A stretch of DNA of 64,000 nucleotides. Origin: an uncultured Candidatus Rokubacteria bacterium. Its GTDB lineage: Bacteria > Methylomirabilota > Methylomirabilia > Rokubacteriales > CSP1-6. Both the position numbers and the translations under genes were made by a program. Below the pieces are notes generated by a model. That model saw nothing but the letters and a program-made list of their open reading frames with translations, did no database searches and was not told the origin of the DNA. The first letter of the stretch is position 1. Every line of letters begins with the position of its first letter. Below are positions 29,501 through 38,167 of the stretch, one piece after another. The stretch is from NCBI GenBank assembly GCA_963762145.1, contig CAVXJS010000014.1, forward strand, positions 352,001 to 416,000, in the 5' to 3' direction.

Positions 29501-29683
29501 GCGCTCGCCGAGGAGGCCGACGAGCCGCAGCTGCTGTTTCCCTGCTACGATGGCCTCGCCACCGTCCACCTGGATCTGGGCGACGAGGCGCAGGCCGAGG
29601 ACTTCATGCAGAAGGCCCAGGCGGTCTGCGAGCGGGCCGGGCTCGAGCCCGACGCGCTCGTGGTGCTCCCGTTCCTGGATTGA
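26522..29683 (+). CDS. Zn-ribbon / class III adenylate-guanylate cyclase / AAA ATPase / TPR protein
   Basis: CSGC..CPKCG, VLFADLVGFT, KFVGDAVM, GDTVNTASRL, GEPGAGKSRL, VEDLHWAD and TPR-like helices. Confidence 0.93.
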   Translation: MTCSGCGFEAPADFAFCPKCGGRLAAAPAAPPPPPPPPTPAPDSDRRPVTVLFADLVGFTALSEGLDAEDVRAIQADLFREMSASIERYEGFVEKFVGDAVMAVFGAPIAHEDDPERGLRAALLMRERVGALNLRWERRLGRPLALHIGVNTGPVVAGRIGATADAAYAVTGDTVNTASRLQSAAPSGEILIGDTTYQLTHHAFAFAPREEIPLKGKSEPVGVHRVLGPLAAPRSARGLEALGLAAPLVGRERELRRMDAAFDDMRAGRAQVLSLIGEPGAGKSRLQREFFARLQGAGHLEGTTIRRAACSALGEQTYGAVAALLRDAYGVEHGDSVDVTRSKLAAGLETLGVDAEERAAMVAALARVFGLEQDDARIRHLEPEQLKRQIFMATYVLVERRLATGPLVLVVEDLHWADAASIELIGAVADRLADRPLLVLLMYRPTLEPDALGTSRTPHTAIEVTPLSRSGSEDLLAAWFGDSTHLFPEHLRAQILERAGGNPLYLEEVVRALLVAGVLVRDGEAWRCTAEASTAQVPATLHGLLLARLDRLDAVERRVIQEAAVIGPHFEVSLLRAASAEPAAVDAALAALAGADLVTPGPDHQFLHGLLQEIVYQNILVARRTELHTRVGTALEAQGAENPESLERLVVLGHHWSLGADKRRGARYLMSAGDWARGMYANADAILHYQRALDALERADAPAGAAQIEAERLVARERMADLLGPTGRRTSALGEYEIVEAGYRAAGDAAAEARILRKMGGLHWDAGARARALQCFEAGLALLGDHREHIEQAHLYQEMGRQAFRSGDSQRALEWAEQARLHAERLAADPALDADGRVEAVTAAAQSHNTLGVACARLGRLEEAVAHIERSVALARETGLLQAACRGLANLSVLYSTLDPARAIETCAAGLEMAKKIGDLGFQSRLYTNLAVAYCALTNRCDEQGVGAAHTAIDLDRRLGQLDHLAVPLIVLGQIYQCHGDPTRAIAHYREALALAEEADEPQLLFPCYDGLATVHLDLGDEAQAEDFMQKAQAVCERAGLEPDALVVLPFLD

Positions 29684-29717
29684 CGCGAACCCGACCCGAA
29701 CAGAAAGGCACTGAGCC

Positions 29718-30386
29718 ATGGCGTCCATGCTCCTTCGACCCGGTGATCCCGCCCCCGACTTCGCGCTGCCCGCGGTCAATCGAGAAGGCCAGGTCTCGCT
29801 CGATGATTATCGCGGTCGCAGTCCGGTCCTCGTTGCCCTGTTCCGCGGCCTGCACTGTCCCTTCTGCCGGCGCCAGCTCGTACAGCTGGGCACCACGCAG
29901 GAGAAGCTGAAGGCGGTAGGCGTCGAGACGATGGCGGTGGTCAATACCCCGCTGGAACGCGCGCAGCTTTACTTCAAGTATCGCCCCGCGCGGGTGCTCC
30001 TCGCCGCGGACCCGGACGCGAAGACGCACCAGGCGTTTCGGGTGCCCGCGGGCACCCTCGTCGAGAACGAATCGGAAGCCTCGTGGTCCAAGGGGACGGT
30101 CACGATGGGTCAGATGCAGGCGGCCCGGATCAATCCGACCGGAGAGCTGCCGGAGCCGCAGAATCCCTTCGTGGCGATGGAGACCCTGAACAAGAAGGAC
30201 GGGTTCGAGGTGACCGAGGTCGATCACCAGATCGCGGCCAAGCACGGCATGCAGCTGGGCGGGCACTTTCTCATCGGCCGGGACGGGATCGTTCGCTGGC
30301 TGCAGATCGAGGGTTTGGAGCGGGTCGAGGACATCTCCAAGTTCCCGAGCGACGACGAGATCGTGGCCGCGGCCCGCGCTCTCTAG
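29718..30386 (+). CDS. AhpC/TSA (peroxiredoxin-like) redoxin
   Basis: PGDPAPDFAL, FRGLHCPFC (CxxC) and FLIGRDGIVRW. Confidence 0.85.
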   Translation: MASMLLRPGDPAPDFALPAVNREGQVSLDDYRGRSPVLVALFRGLHCPFCRRQLVQLGTTQEKLKAVGVETMAVVNTPLERAQLYFKYRPARVLLAADPDAKTHQAFRVPAGTLVENESEASWSKGTVTMGQMQAARINPTGELPEPQNPFVAMETLNKKDGFEVTEVDHQIAAKHGMQLGGHFLIGRDGIVRWLQIEGLERVEDISKFPSDDEIVAAARAL

Positions 30387-30397
30387 GAGATCACCCC

Positions 30398-31063
30398 ATG
30401 GACATAGCCATCCCGATCTTCGAGGGCATCACCGCGCTCGACGCCATCGGCCCCTACGAGGTGCTCTCGCGCCTGCCCGGCGCCCGGGTCCGCTTCATCG
30501 CGGTGACGGCCGGTCCCTATCGCACCGACAATCGCCAGCTCACCCTGATGGCGGACGAGCCGCTGTCCGCGGTGCCGCATCCGGAGGTGGTCATGGTGCC
30601 GGGCGGCTTCGGGACGCGCGCGCTCGAAACACCGAACCCGCTGCTGGACTGGATCCGCACGGCCCACGCGACGAGCCAGTGGACCACGTCGGTCTGCACC
30701 GGCTCCATGCTGCTGGCCGCCGCGGGCGTCCTGAAGGGGCTCGAGGCCACCACGCACTGGATGTCGCTCGACCGGCTGCCCGCGTACGGCGCGCGGCCGA
30801 CGCTCAAGCGGGTGGTGGAGCAGGGCAAGGTGATCACCGCGGCGGGTGTGTCCTCGGGCATCGACATGGCGCTCACCCTGGCCGCGCGCATCGCGGGGGA
30901 CGACGTGGCCCAGGCCATCCAGCTCGGTATCGAGTACGACCCGCAGCCGCCGTTCCGGGCCGGCTCTCCCGCCACCGCTCCCGCGCACATCGTGGAAGGC
31001 CTGCGCGCGCGGATGCGGGCGCGGATGGAGCGCGACGAGGCGGCCGCATCCCGGACGGCCTGA
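30398..31063 (+). CDS. DJ-1/PfpI family protein (isonitrile hydratase-like)
   Basis: LDAIGPYEV, SVCTG, ATTHW, AGVSSGIDM and EYDPQPPF. Confidence 0.92.
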   Translation: MDIAIPIFEGITALDAIGPYEVLSRLPGARVRFIAVTAGPYRTDNRQLTLMADEPLSAVPHPEVVMVPGGFGTRALETPNPLLDWIRTAHATSQWTTSVCTGSMLLAAAGVLKGLEATTHWMSLDRLPAYGARPTLKRVVEQGKVITAAGVSSGIDMALTLAARIAGDDVAQAIQLGIEYDPQPPFRAGSPATAPAHIVEGLRARMRARMERDEAAASRTA

Positions 31064-31076
31064 CCCGCGTTCGGTC

Positions 31077-31970
31077 ATGGAGCGTCGCCGGCTGGGACGG
31101 ACCGACATGGACGTGAGCGTGCTCGGCTTCGGCGGCTCCGAGATCGGCTACGAGCGAGCCGGCGGGCGCACGGTGGCCCGCCTGCTCGACACCGCGCTGG
31201 ACGCCGGTCTCAACGTGATCGATACCGCGGAGTGCTACGAGGACAGCGAGGCGCTGATCGGCGCCGCGCTGGGATCCCGCCGGGACGAGATCTACCTCTT
31301 GACCAAGTGCGGCCATCCGCGGGGCTACGGCCGCGGGGACTGGCGCGAGGCGTCCCTCCTCTCGAGCATCGAGCGGAGCCTCGAGCGGCTGCGTACCGAC
31401 CGGCTCGACCTGATCCAGCTCCACAGCTGCGACCTGTCCGATCTCCGGAAGGGGGAGGCCATCACCGCCCTCGAGCGGGCGCGGGAGCGCGGGTGGACCC
31501 GCTACATCGGCTACAGCGGCGACGGGGAGGCGGCGCGCTTCGCGGTCGAGTGCGGGCGCTTCGACACGCTGCAGACCTCGGTGAGCATCGCGGACCAGGA
31601 GGCGATCGAGCGGACGCTGCCGCTCGCGGTCGAGCGGGGGATGGGGGTGATCGCCAAGCGGCCGATCGCCAATGCGGCGTGGCGCTACGCGCGCCGCCCG
31701 TCCGAGCCCTACTACCAGCCCTACTGGGAGCGGCTCCGCGCGCTGGAATATCCGTTCCTGCGTGACGCGGAGCGGGTGGTGTCCACCGCGCTACGCTTCA
31801 CGCTGGCCGCGCCGGGCGTGCACACCGCGATCGTCGGGACCAAGCGGCCGGAGCGCTGGCCGGAGAACGCGCGCCTGCTCCAGGCGGGCCCGCTCCCCGC
31901 CGAGGAGGTCGAGCGGATCCGCGCTCGATGGAGGGAAGTCGCTCAGCCCTCCTGGACCGGCGAGGTCTGA
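31077..31970 (+). CDS. Aldo/keto reductase
   Basis: LGFGG, IDTAECY, TKCG and SLERLRTDRLDLIQLH. Confidence 0.92.
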   Translation: MERRRLGRTDMDVSVLGFGGSEIGYERAGGRTVARLLDTALDAGLNVIDTAECYEDSEALIGAALGSRRDEIYLLTKCGHPRGYGRGDWREASLLSSIERSLERLRTDRLDLIQLHSCDLSDLRKGEAITALERARERGWTRYIGYSGDGEAARFAVECGRFDTLQTSVSIADQEAIERTLPLAVERGMGVIAKRPIANAAWRYARRPSEPYYQPYWERLRALEYPFLRDAERVVSTALRFTLAAPGVHTAIVGTKRPERWPENARLLQAGPLPAEEVERIRARWREVAQPSWTGEV

Positions 31971-31974
31971 CCGC

Positions 31975-33063
31975 CTAGCCGATTTGGTAGCGCTTGATCG
32001 CGGCCTGATCGAAGGCCAGGCCGAGGCCGGGCTTGTCGGGCACCACGAGCTGGCCGTTCTCGATCTTCGGCGTCTCCTCGTAGAGCTGTAGCGTCCACGG
32101 CATGTACTCGACGGTGAGCCCGTGCGGAATCGCCGCGATCAGATGCACGTGGATCTCCGGAATCAGGTGGCTCACCACCGGCAGGTTGAACGCCTCCGCC
32201 ATGCCGGCCACCTTCATCCACTGGGTGATGCCGCCGACCCGCAGCAGATCGATCATCACGATGTCGATCGACCGCGCCTCGAGGAGATGCCGGAACGGGA
32301 CGATGCCGTAGTGGTATTCGCCCGCCGCGATCGGGGTGTCGAGCGCGTCCGCGATGCGCGCGAGGCCCGGGTAGTCGTCGTGGGCGGTGGGGTCTTCCAG
32401 CCAGAAGAGGTGGTGGTCCCGGATGCGCTGGCCCACGTCGATCGCGTGATGAACGCTCCAGAGCTGGTTGATGTCGCACATCAGGTCGATGTCGGGGCCG
32501 ATCGACTCGCGCATCACCCGCACCCGCTCGACCGACGCGGCGATCGTCGCCTCGCTCCCGCACTGCATCTTCATCTGGCGGAAGCCCATGTCGCGCAGGC
32601 GCGGGCCCGCCTTGGCCAGGTAGTCCACCGGGTGCTGGCGCATGAGCGCGCCGCTCGCGTACGTGGGCGCGCGGTCGCGCAGGCCGCCCAGCAGCGCGCA
32701 GACCGAGCGGCCCGCCGCCTTGCCCATGAGGTCCCAGCACGCCATGTCCACCGCGGACAGCGCGAGCGCGAAGATGCCCCCCGGGCCGCAGCTGCCCGCC
32801 ATGCGCCGGCACTTGCCCGCGACCGCCTCGACCTGGCTCGGGTCCATCCCGATCGTGAGCCGGGCGAGGCCCTCCACCGCGGCCCGCAGCGCCGGGGTCA
32901 GCGCGCCGCCGAAGAACGTGAGCCCGATGCCGACCAGCCCCTGGTCGGTGCCGAGCTCGAGCAGCACGAACTCCCGCGTGTCGGCCGGGGCCGGCAGCCC
33001 CACGACCAATGGATTATCCGCCGGGGTGGAGAGGACGCGCGTGGTGACGTGGGTGATCTTCAT
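31975..33063 (-). CDS. Mandelate racemase/muconate lactonizing enzyme family
   Basis: DMACWDLMGK, KMQ, DINQ, WLEDP, AGE and GGIT..SH. Confidence 0.92.
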   Translation of the reverse strand: MKITHVTTRVLSTPADNPLVVGLPAPADTREFVLLELGTDQGLVGIGLTFFGGALTPALRAAVEGLARLTIGMDPSQVEAVAGKCRRMAGSCGPGGIFALALSAVDMACWDLMGKAAGRSVCALLGGLRDRAPTYASGALMRQHPVDYLAKAGPRLRDMGFRQMKMQCGSEATIAASVERVRVMRESIGPDIDLMCDINQLWSVHHAIDVGQRIRDHHLFWLEDPTAHDDYPGLARIADALDTPIAAGEYHYGIVPFRHLLEARSIDIVMIDLLRVGGITQWMKVAGMAEAFNLPVVSHLIPEIHVHLIAAIPHGLTVEYMPWTLQLYEETPKIENGQLVVPDKPGLGLAFDQAAIKRYQIG

Positions 33064-33067
33064 ATCT

Positions 33068-33994
33068 TCATTTCTTGTGCTTGCCGGTGAGCTGAGGCGT
33101 GGTGCCCTCCTGGCCCTTCTCCTGCCGGTCGAGCCGCGTCTCGCGGGACCACGTGCGCTTGAGCTCGTCCTTGATGTTGAAGTGCAGCGTGCCGAGCCCC
33201 TCGGTCTCGAGCTCGATGCGGTCGCCGTCCTGGAACCCGGAGAGCCCGCGGTGGTTGGTGCCGGTGGCGAGGATGTCGCCCGGCTCCAGCGTGTGGATGC
33301 TCGTCACCCACTCGATGCAGCGGGGGATCTTGTGGGCCATGTCGCTGGTGTTGAACGCCTGCTTCACGGTGCCGTTCACCGAGAGGCGGATCGCCAGCTT
33401 GTGCGGATCCGTGATCTCGTCGGCGGTCACCAGGTAGGGGCCGATGGGCGCGAAGGTGTCGCGCGACTTCATCTGGTAGAACGTGTTGCCGGTCGGCAGG
33501 AGGCCGCGCGCGGAGCCGTCGATGAAGTTGCAGTAGCCGAAGACGTACTCCATCGCGCGGGCGGCCGGCACCGCGGTGGCGCGCTTGCCGATCACGAGCG
33601 CCATCTCCGCCTCGCCTTCGAAGATGGTGGCGGGCACGTCGGGCAGCACCATGGTCTCGTTGGGGCCGATCACCGCGCCCGGCGACTTCATGAAGGCGTT
33701 GATCGGCGCCGGCTCGGTGCGGGTGCCGTCCTCCATGTAGTTCACCGCCATGCAGACGATGTTGGTCGGCTTGGGCAGCGGGGGCCGGATCCGGACTCCG
33801 GTCACCGGGACGGGCTTGCCGCGGCCGGCCGCGTCCTCGATCTTCTTGCGGTAGTCCGCGAAGCGGGCGATGAGGCCGCTCATCAGGTCCCCGGGGCCGG
33901 TGTGCGGGATGTCCTTCACGGTGTCCGAGACGTCCACCACGCCATCGCCACGGAGCACGCCGAGCCGGTAATCGTCGAAGAGCAGTAGTTTCAC
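33068..33994 (-). CDS. Fumarylacetoacetate hydrolase family protein
   Basis: GTG 33994 with AAGGAGG RBS; AVNY, EAEMALVIGK, KSRDTFAPIGP and TLEPGDILATGT. Confidence 0.92.
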   Translation of the reverse strand: MKLLLFDDYRLGVLRGDGVVDVSDTVKDIPHTGPGDLMSGLIARFADYRKKIEDAAGRGKPVPVTGVRIRPPLPKPTNIVCMAVNYMEDGTRTEPAPINAFMKSPGAVIGPNETMVLPDVPATIFEGEAEMALVIGKRATAVPAARAMEYVFGYCNFIDGSARGLLPTGNTFYQMKSRDTFAPIGPYLVTADEITDPHKLAIRLSVNGTVKQAFNTSDMAHKIPRCIEWVTSIHTLEPGDILATGTNHRGLSGFQDGDRIELETEGLGTLHFNIKDELKRTWSRETRLDRQEKGQEGTTPQLTGKHKK

Positions 33995-34119
33995 GGAATC
34001 CTCCTTGTCGTTCGGGAGCTGCCTCGCAAGCCGCCCCATCCTACTCGCGGGCCCGGGTGTTGACAACGGGGCCGCCCGCGGCCACCCTCTCGCTGAATCC
34101 ATTCCAGGGAGGAGCCCCA

Positions 34120-35241
34120 ATGAAGGGACGGGTGGCGGTTCTCAAGGCGTACGGCGGCGAGTTCGAGCTGCGCGAGTACCCGGTGCCGGATCCGGAGCCC
34201 GGGGCGATCCTGATCAAGCTGACCCGCGCGGGCGTGTGCGGCTCCGATCTCCACATCTGGCGGGGGGAGATGAAGGAGACGTACGGCGCGCTGCCCAAGG
34301 ACCTCACCTTCGGCCACGAGATGTGCGGGCGGGTCGAGCGGCTCGGCGCCGGCATCACCACGGACTCGATGGGCCGCCCGCTGCGCGAGGGCGACCGCGT
34401 GACCTTCTGCTACTTCTTCCCGTGCGGGCGCTGCCCGGTGTGCCTGAACGACGAGATGGGCAGCTGCCCGCAGAAGGGCCGGCCGAACCGGGTCGCGGGC
34501 ACCGCGCCCTACTTCAACAACGCCTACGGCGACTACTACTACCTCCGGCCGAACCACTTCATCTTCAAGCTGCCCGACGAGATTCCCGAGGACATGGCCA
34601 CGCCGATCAACTGCGCGCTGTCCCAGGTGCTCTACGGGCTGCGCAGGGCGGGGTTCCGCGCGGGGCAGTCGCTGGTGGTGCAGGGCGCGGGCGGGCTCGG
34701 CGTCAACGCGGTGGCGGTGGCGCGGGACATGGGCGCGGACACCGTGATCGTGGTGGACCGGCTCCCGGAGCGGCTCGCGCTCGCGAAGGCGTTCGGGGCC
34801 GACCACACCGTGAACGCGAGCGAGATCACCAGCGCCGACAAGCGCGTGGACGCGGTGAAGGCCCTCACCGGCGGCTTCGGCGCCGACGTGGTGGCCGACT
34901 TCGTGGGCTACGCGGACGTGATCCCGGAGGGGCTGCGCATGCTGCGGGGCGGGGGCTGCTACCTGGAGGTCGGCTCGATCTCACCCGGCAACGTCTTCTC
35001 CTACGACGCGACCGCGCTCGTGCGCGGCAACACGCACCTCGTCGCCACGTCCAACTACTCGCCGTGGGCGCTCGAGCAGTCGCTCTCGTTCATGAAGCGC
35101 AATCTCAAGCGGTTCCCGTTCGACCGCGTGATCTCCCACGTGTTCCCGCTCGAGCGCATCTCGGAGGCCTTCGCCCAGTCCGACTGGGCCCGCCGCGGCG
35201 GCGACCCCGCCGGCGTCTCCCGCGCCGCCATCTCGATGTGA
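34120..35241 (+). CDS. Zn-dependent alcohol dehydrogenase (MDR)
   Basis: GVCGSDLH, GHE, CGRCPVC..C and QGAGGLG. Confidence 0.93.
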   Translation: MKGRVAVLKAYGGEFELREYPVPDPEPGAILIKLTRAGVCGSDLHIWRGEMKETYGALPKDLTFGHEMCGRVERLGAGITTDSMGRPLREGDRVTFCYFFPCGRCPVCLNDEMGSCPQKGRPNRVAGTAPYFNNAYGDYYYLRPNHFIFKLPDEIPEDMATPINCALSQVLYGLRRAGFRAGQSLVVQGAGGLGVNAVAVARDMGADTVIVVDRLPERLALAKAFGADHTVNASEITSADKRVDAVKALTGGFGADVVADFVGYADVIPEGLRMLRGGGCYLEVGSISPGNVFSYDATALVRGNTHLVATSNYSPWALEQSLSFMKRNLKRFPFDRVISHVFPLERISEAFAQSDWARRGGDPAGVSRAAISM

Positions 35242-35244
35242 GAT

Positions 35245-35331
35245 GGGGTCAGGTCTTGAATTACGACATTTCTCCGCCTAGCGGGCAGGCAGGCTCCGTC
35301 GCGGAAATGTCGTAATTCAAGACCTGACCCC
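35245..35331. repeat. Inverted pair of 28-bp REP-like units between convergent genes
   Basis: GGGGTCAGGTCTTGAATTACGACATTTC 35245-35272 and its exact reverse complement 35304-35331. Confidence 0.92.
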
Positions 35332-36432
35332 ATAGCGGCGGATCAAGGCTTCGTCGAGGACGAGGCCGAAGCCGGGCGCGTCGGGGATCTCGAACAGGCC
35401 GTCCTTGGCTGCGGGGCGGTTGGCCCAGAGGGCTTGCCAGGCCGGGTCGCGCTCGGGGTCGGCGAAGCACTCCACGTAGGTGCCGTGCGGCACCGCGGCC
35501 AGCAGGTGGCCGGCGATCTGAGGTTCCTCGTGGTGCGCCATCTTCACGCCGGCGGCCTCGCACAGCGCGGCGGCTCGGCGCCACTCGGTCACGCCGCCGC
35601 CCTCGGAGGCGTCGAAGTTGACCAGGTCCACCGCGCCCGCGTCCAGGAGCCGTCGCACCGCGTGGCTGGTGATCTCGGACTGGCCCGCGGTGATCGGGAT
35701 GCGCGTCGCCCGCCGCACCTCCGCCATCATGCGCGCGTCGTCGTGCCAGTGGCACGGCTCCTCGAACCAGCGGATGTCGAGCGGCTCGACGAGGCGCGCG
35801 AACCGGACCGCGTCGTCCACCGACCACCCGCGGTTGGCGTCCACCGCCAGGACGAAGTCGGGGCCCGCGGCGCGACGGGCCGCCGCGACCCGCTCGGCGT
35901 CGGCCTCCGGCGCGAGGCCGCCCACCTTGAACTTGCAGCCCGCCATCCCGGCCTCGCGATAGCTCTCCATCTCGCGGCCGATGTCGGCCAGGGTCTTGCC
36001 GTCGCGGTAGTAGCCGCCGATGGAGATGATGGGCAGGCGCCGGCGGGGCGAGCCGCCGAGGAGCGCGCACACGCTCTGCCCCCGCGCCTTGCCGACCAGG
36101 TCCCAGATCGCGCAGTCCACGCAGGCGATGGCCTCCACCAGGGTCTTGCGGTCGCGGCTGCTGTGGGTGAGGGAGAAGAGGCGATCCCAGATCTGCTCGC
36201 CTTCGAGCAGGTCCCGGCCGCGCAGGAGCGGGGCCAGCTCCTCGTGGATCAGCCGGACGATCTCGATCCCGTGCTCGCGGTTGTCACCGTTGTAGACACA
36301 GCTGACGAGGCCCTCGTCGGTGCGCAGGCGGGTGACCACGGTGGAGCGCTTGAGGACCGCGTAGGTGCTCCCGCCGAAATTGCGCGTGAGCGGGATGTCG
36401 AGCGCGATCGCCTCGATGCTGTGGAAGCGCAT
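35317..36432 (-). CDS. Mandelate racemase/muconate lactonizing enzyme family
   Basis: DCAIWDLVGK, KFKVG, DANRG, WFEEP; ends GVRS-stop inside the repeat. Confidence 0.92.
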   Translation of the reverse strand: MRFHSIEAIALDIPLTRNFGGSTYAVLKRSTVVTRLRTDEGLVSCVYNGDNREHGIEIVRLIHEELAPLLRGRDLLEGEQIWDRLFSLTHSSRDRKTLVEAIACVDCAIWDLVGKARGQSVCALLGGSPRRRLPIISIGGYYRDGKTLADIGREMESYREAGMAGCKFKVGGLAPEADAERVAAARRAAGPDFVLAVDANRGWSVDDAVRFARLVEPLDIRWFEEPCHWHDDARMMAEVRRATRIPITAGQSEITSHAVRRLLDAGAVDLVNFDASEGGGVTEWRRAAALCEAAGVKMAHHEEPQIAGHLLAAVPHGTYVECFADPERDPAWQALWANRPAAKDGLFEIPDAPGFGLVLDEALIRRYGVRS

Positions 36433-36443
36433 GCCCGCTCCCG

Positions 36444-36490
36444 GAAATGTCGGAATGTAAGACCTGACCCCGGCGTCCTGACCCCGGCGT
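36444..36490 (-). repeat. Single REP-like unit plus 14-bp tandem duplication of its end
   Basis: Reverse complement of GGGGTCAGGTCTTACATTCCGACATTTC at 36444-36471; CCTGACCCCGGCGT repeated at 36463-36476 and 36477-36490. Confidence 0.88.
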
Positions 36491-36978
36491 CAGCCGATGG
36501 CCTTCTCGACGGCTTGCTTCACCTCGGGCGCGCTGGGCGCGGTCTTGGGCTCGAAGCGCGCGGCGACCTGGCCGGTCTTGTCGACCAGGAACTTGGCGAA
36601 GTTCCACTTGATGTCGCCGGGCCCGTCGGGCTTGGTCGTCAGACCGGTCAGCCAGGCGTAGAGCGGGGCGCGGTCGCTGCCGTTGACGTCGATCTTGGAG
36701 AACATCGGGAACGTGACGCCGTAGTTGGTCGAGCAGAACGCCTTGACGTCCGCGTCGCTGCCCGGCTCCTGCCCCGCGAACTGGTTGCAGGGGAAGCCCA
36801 GCACCGCGAAGCCGCGGGGGCCGTACTCAGCCTGCATCGCCTGCAACGCTTCGTACTGCGGCGTGAGGCCGCACTTCGACGCCACGTTGACCACGAGCAG
36901 TGCCTTGCCGCGATAGTCCGACAGCGACTGCTCTTTCCCGTCGATCGTCTTCACCGTGAAATCGTAGATCCCAGCCAT
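36490..36978 (-). CDS. Glutathione peroxidase family (Cys type)
   Basis: VNVASKCGLT, GFPCNQF and IKWNFAKFL. Confidence 0.95.
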   Translation of the reverse strand: MAGIYDFTVKTIDGKEQSLSDYRGKALLVVNVASKCGLTPQYEALQAMQAEYGPRGFAVLGFPCNQFAGQEPGSDADVKAFCSTNYGVTFPMFSKIDVNGSDRAPLYAWLTGLTTKPDGPGDIKWNFAKFLVDKTGQVAARFEPKTAPSAPEVKQAVEKAIG

Positions 36979-37022
36979 CGTGGGCTCCTTCTCGTCACGC
37001 GGCCATCGGGAGGCCGTCGAGG

Positions 37023-37050
37023 GAAATGTCGTATTTCAAGACCTGACCCC
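37023..37050 (-). repeat. Single REP-like unit overlapping a stop codon
   Basis: Reverse complement of GGGGTCAGGTCTTGAAATACGACATTTC. Confidence 0.9.
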
Positions 37051-37632
37051 AGTCAGGGGGGCCGGCAGGGCCGCGAGGGCCTTGCGGAATCGGGAGGCCT
37101 GGCCGATCAGGTCCTGGTCGAAGGGGGCGGTGGAGGGGCCCTTGTCGATCTTCACCACCACGATGAACGGGCCGTCCTCCGTCAGGATCCGGCCCGTCGC
37201 GCGCTCGAGCTCCTCCTGCGTGCGCACCTCGATGCCCTTCTCGATGCCGGCGCCGCGCGCGATGCCGACCAGGCTCGCCTTGCGGGCGGTGGCGGTGGCC
37301 TGGCCGCCGGTGGTCTGGTGGACCTCGTTGTCCCAGACCATCAACACGTAGTTCTTCGGCGCTTCCGCCGCGATCGTGCAGAGCGAGCCCAGGTTCATGA
37401 GCAGCGAGCCGTCGCCGTCCAGGCAGATCACGCGCACGTCGGGGCGGCCGATGGCGATGCCGAGGCCGATCGAGGAGCACTGGCCCATGGCCCCGAAGGT
37501 GTAGCAGTTGAGCGGGCGGTCGGCGATCTGGAGGAGGTCGAGTGAGGCCTGCCCGAGGTTCGAGACCACGACCTCGTTGGTCAGCCGGGAGGCGAGGCAC
37601 CTGGTGGCGCCGGCGCGGGTGAGCGGGCTCAT
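37036..37632 (-). CDS. TPP-binding decarboxylase beta subunit (ComE / phosphonopyruvate decarboxylase-like)
   Basis: GAMG, GDGSLLMNLGSL..WDN..TGGQ; ends GVRS-stop inside the repeat. Confidence 0.88.
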   Translation of the reverse strand: MSPLTRAGATRCLASRLTNEVVVSNLGQASLDLLQIADRPLNCYTFGAMGQCSSIGLGIAIGRPDVRVICLDGDGSLLMNLGSLCTIAAEAPKNYVLMVWDNEVHQTTGGQATATARKASLVGIARGAGIEKGIEVRTQEELERATGRILTEDGPFIVVVKIDKGPSTAPFDQDLIGQASRFRKALAALPAPLTGVRS

Positions 37633-38144
37633 CCGCGCTTGCCTCCGGTCAGCTCGGAGGGCAGCACGATGGCCACCGGCTGCGAGCTCACGTAGCAGAG
37701 CTTCACCAGCCCGTCGGTCTGGTGCTCCAGCTCCGCGATCGACATCGGCCGGATCCACCGGATGCCGAGCGCGTCCAGGATGTGGGTGACCGCCCGGCCC
37801 ATCGGCACCTGGGCCGGGTTGAACTCGCCCAGGTCGCCGCGGTGGCTCATCACCAGGACCATCGGGATCATGCTCGCCATGTTGAGCGAGGCGAGCGCGT
37901 TCGTGCAGTTGCCGAGGCCGCTGTTCTGCATCAGCAGCGCGCCGCGGTGCCCGGCGAGCCAGGCGCCGGAGAGCAGCCCCACCGCCTCTTCTTCTCTGGT
38001 CGTCGTGACCACGCGGCACTGGGAGTCGGCCCACAGCTCGTCCAGCACGTGGCTCACGATGTAGTCGGGGACGGTGGCGAACAACCGGATATCGTTGCGG
38101 CGCAGCACGTCCGCGACGTGCTTGGCCCAGCTCGGCTCGGTCAT
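37629..38144 (-). CDS. TPP-dependent decarboxylase alpha subunit (ComD-like)
   Basis: TVPD, TREEEAVG, LMQNSGLGN and RGDLGEFNPAQVPMG. Confidence 0.88.
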   Translation of the reverse strand: MTEPSWAKHVADVLRRNDIRLFATVPDYIVSHVLDELWADSQCRVVTTTREEEAVGLLSGAWLAGHRGALLMQNSGLGNCTNALASLNMASMIPMVLVMSHRGDLGEFNPAQVPMGRAVTHILDALGIRWIRPMSIAELEHQTDGLVKLCYVSSQPVAIVLPSELTGGKRG

Positions 38145-38167
38145 TTGCGGAATCGCCTGGTCGGGAT

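Noticed and set aside
36490-36978. Glutathione peroxidase as a selenoprotein
   Set aside because: The active-site codon is TGC (Cys); there is no in-frame TGA.
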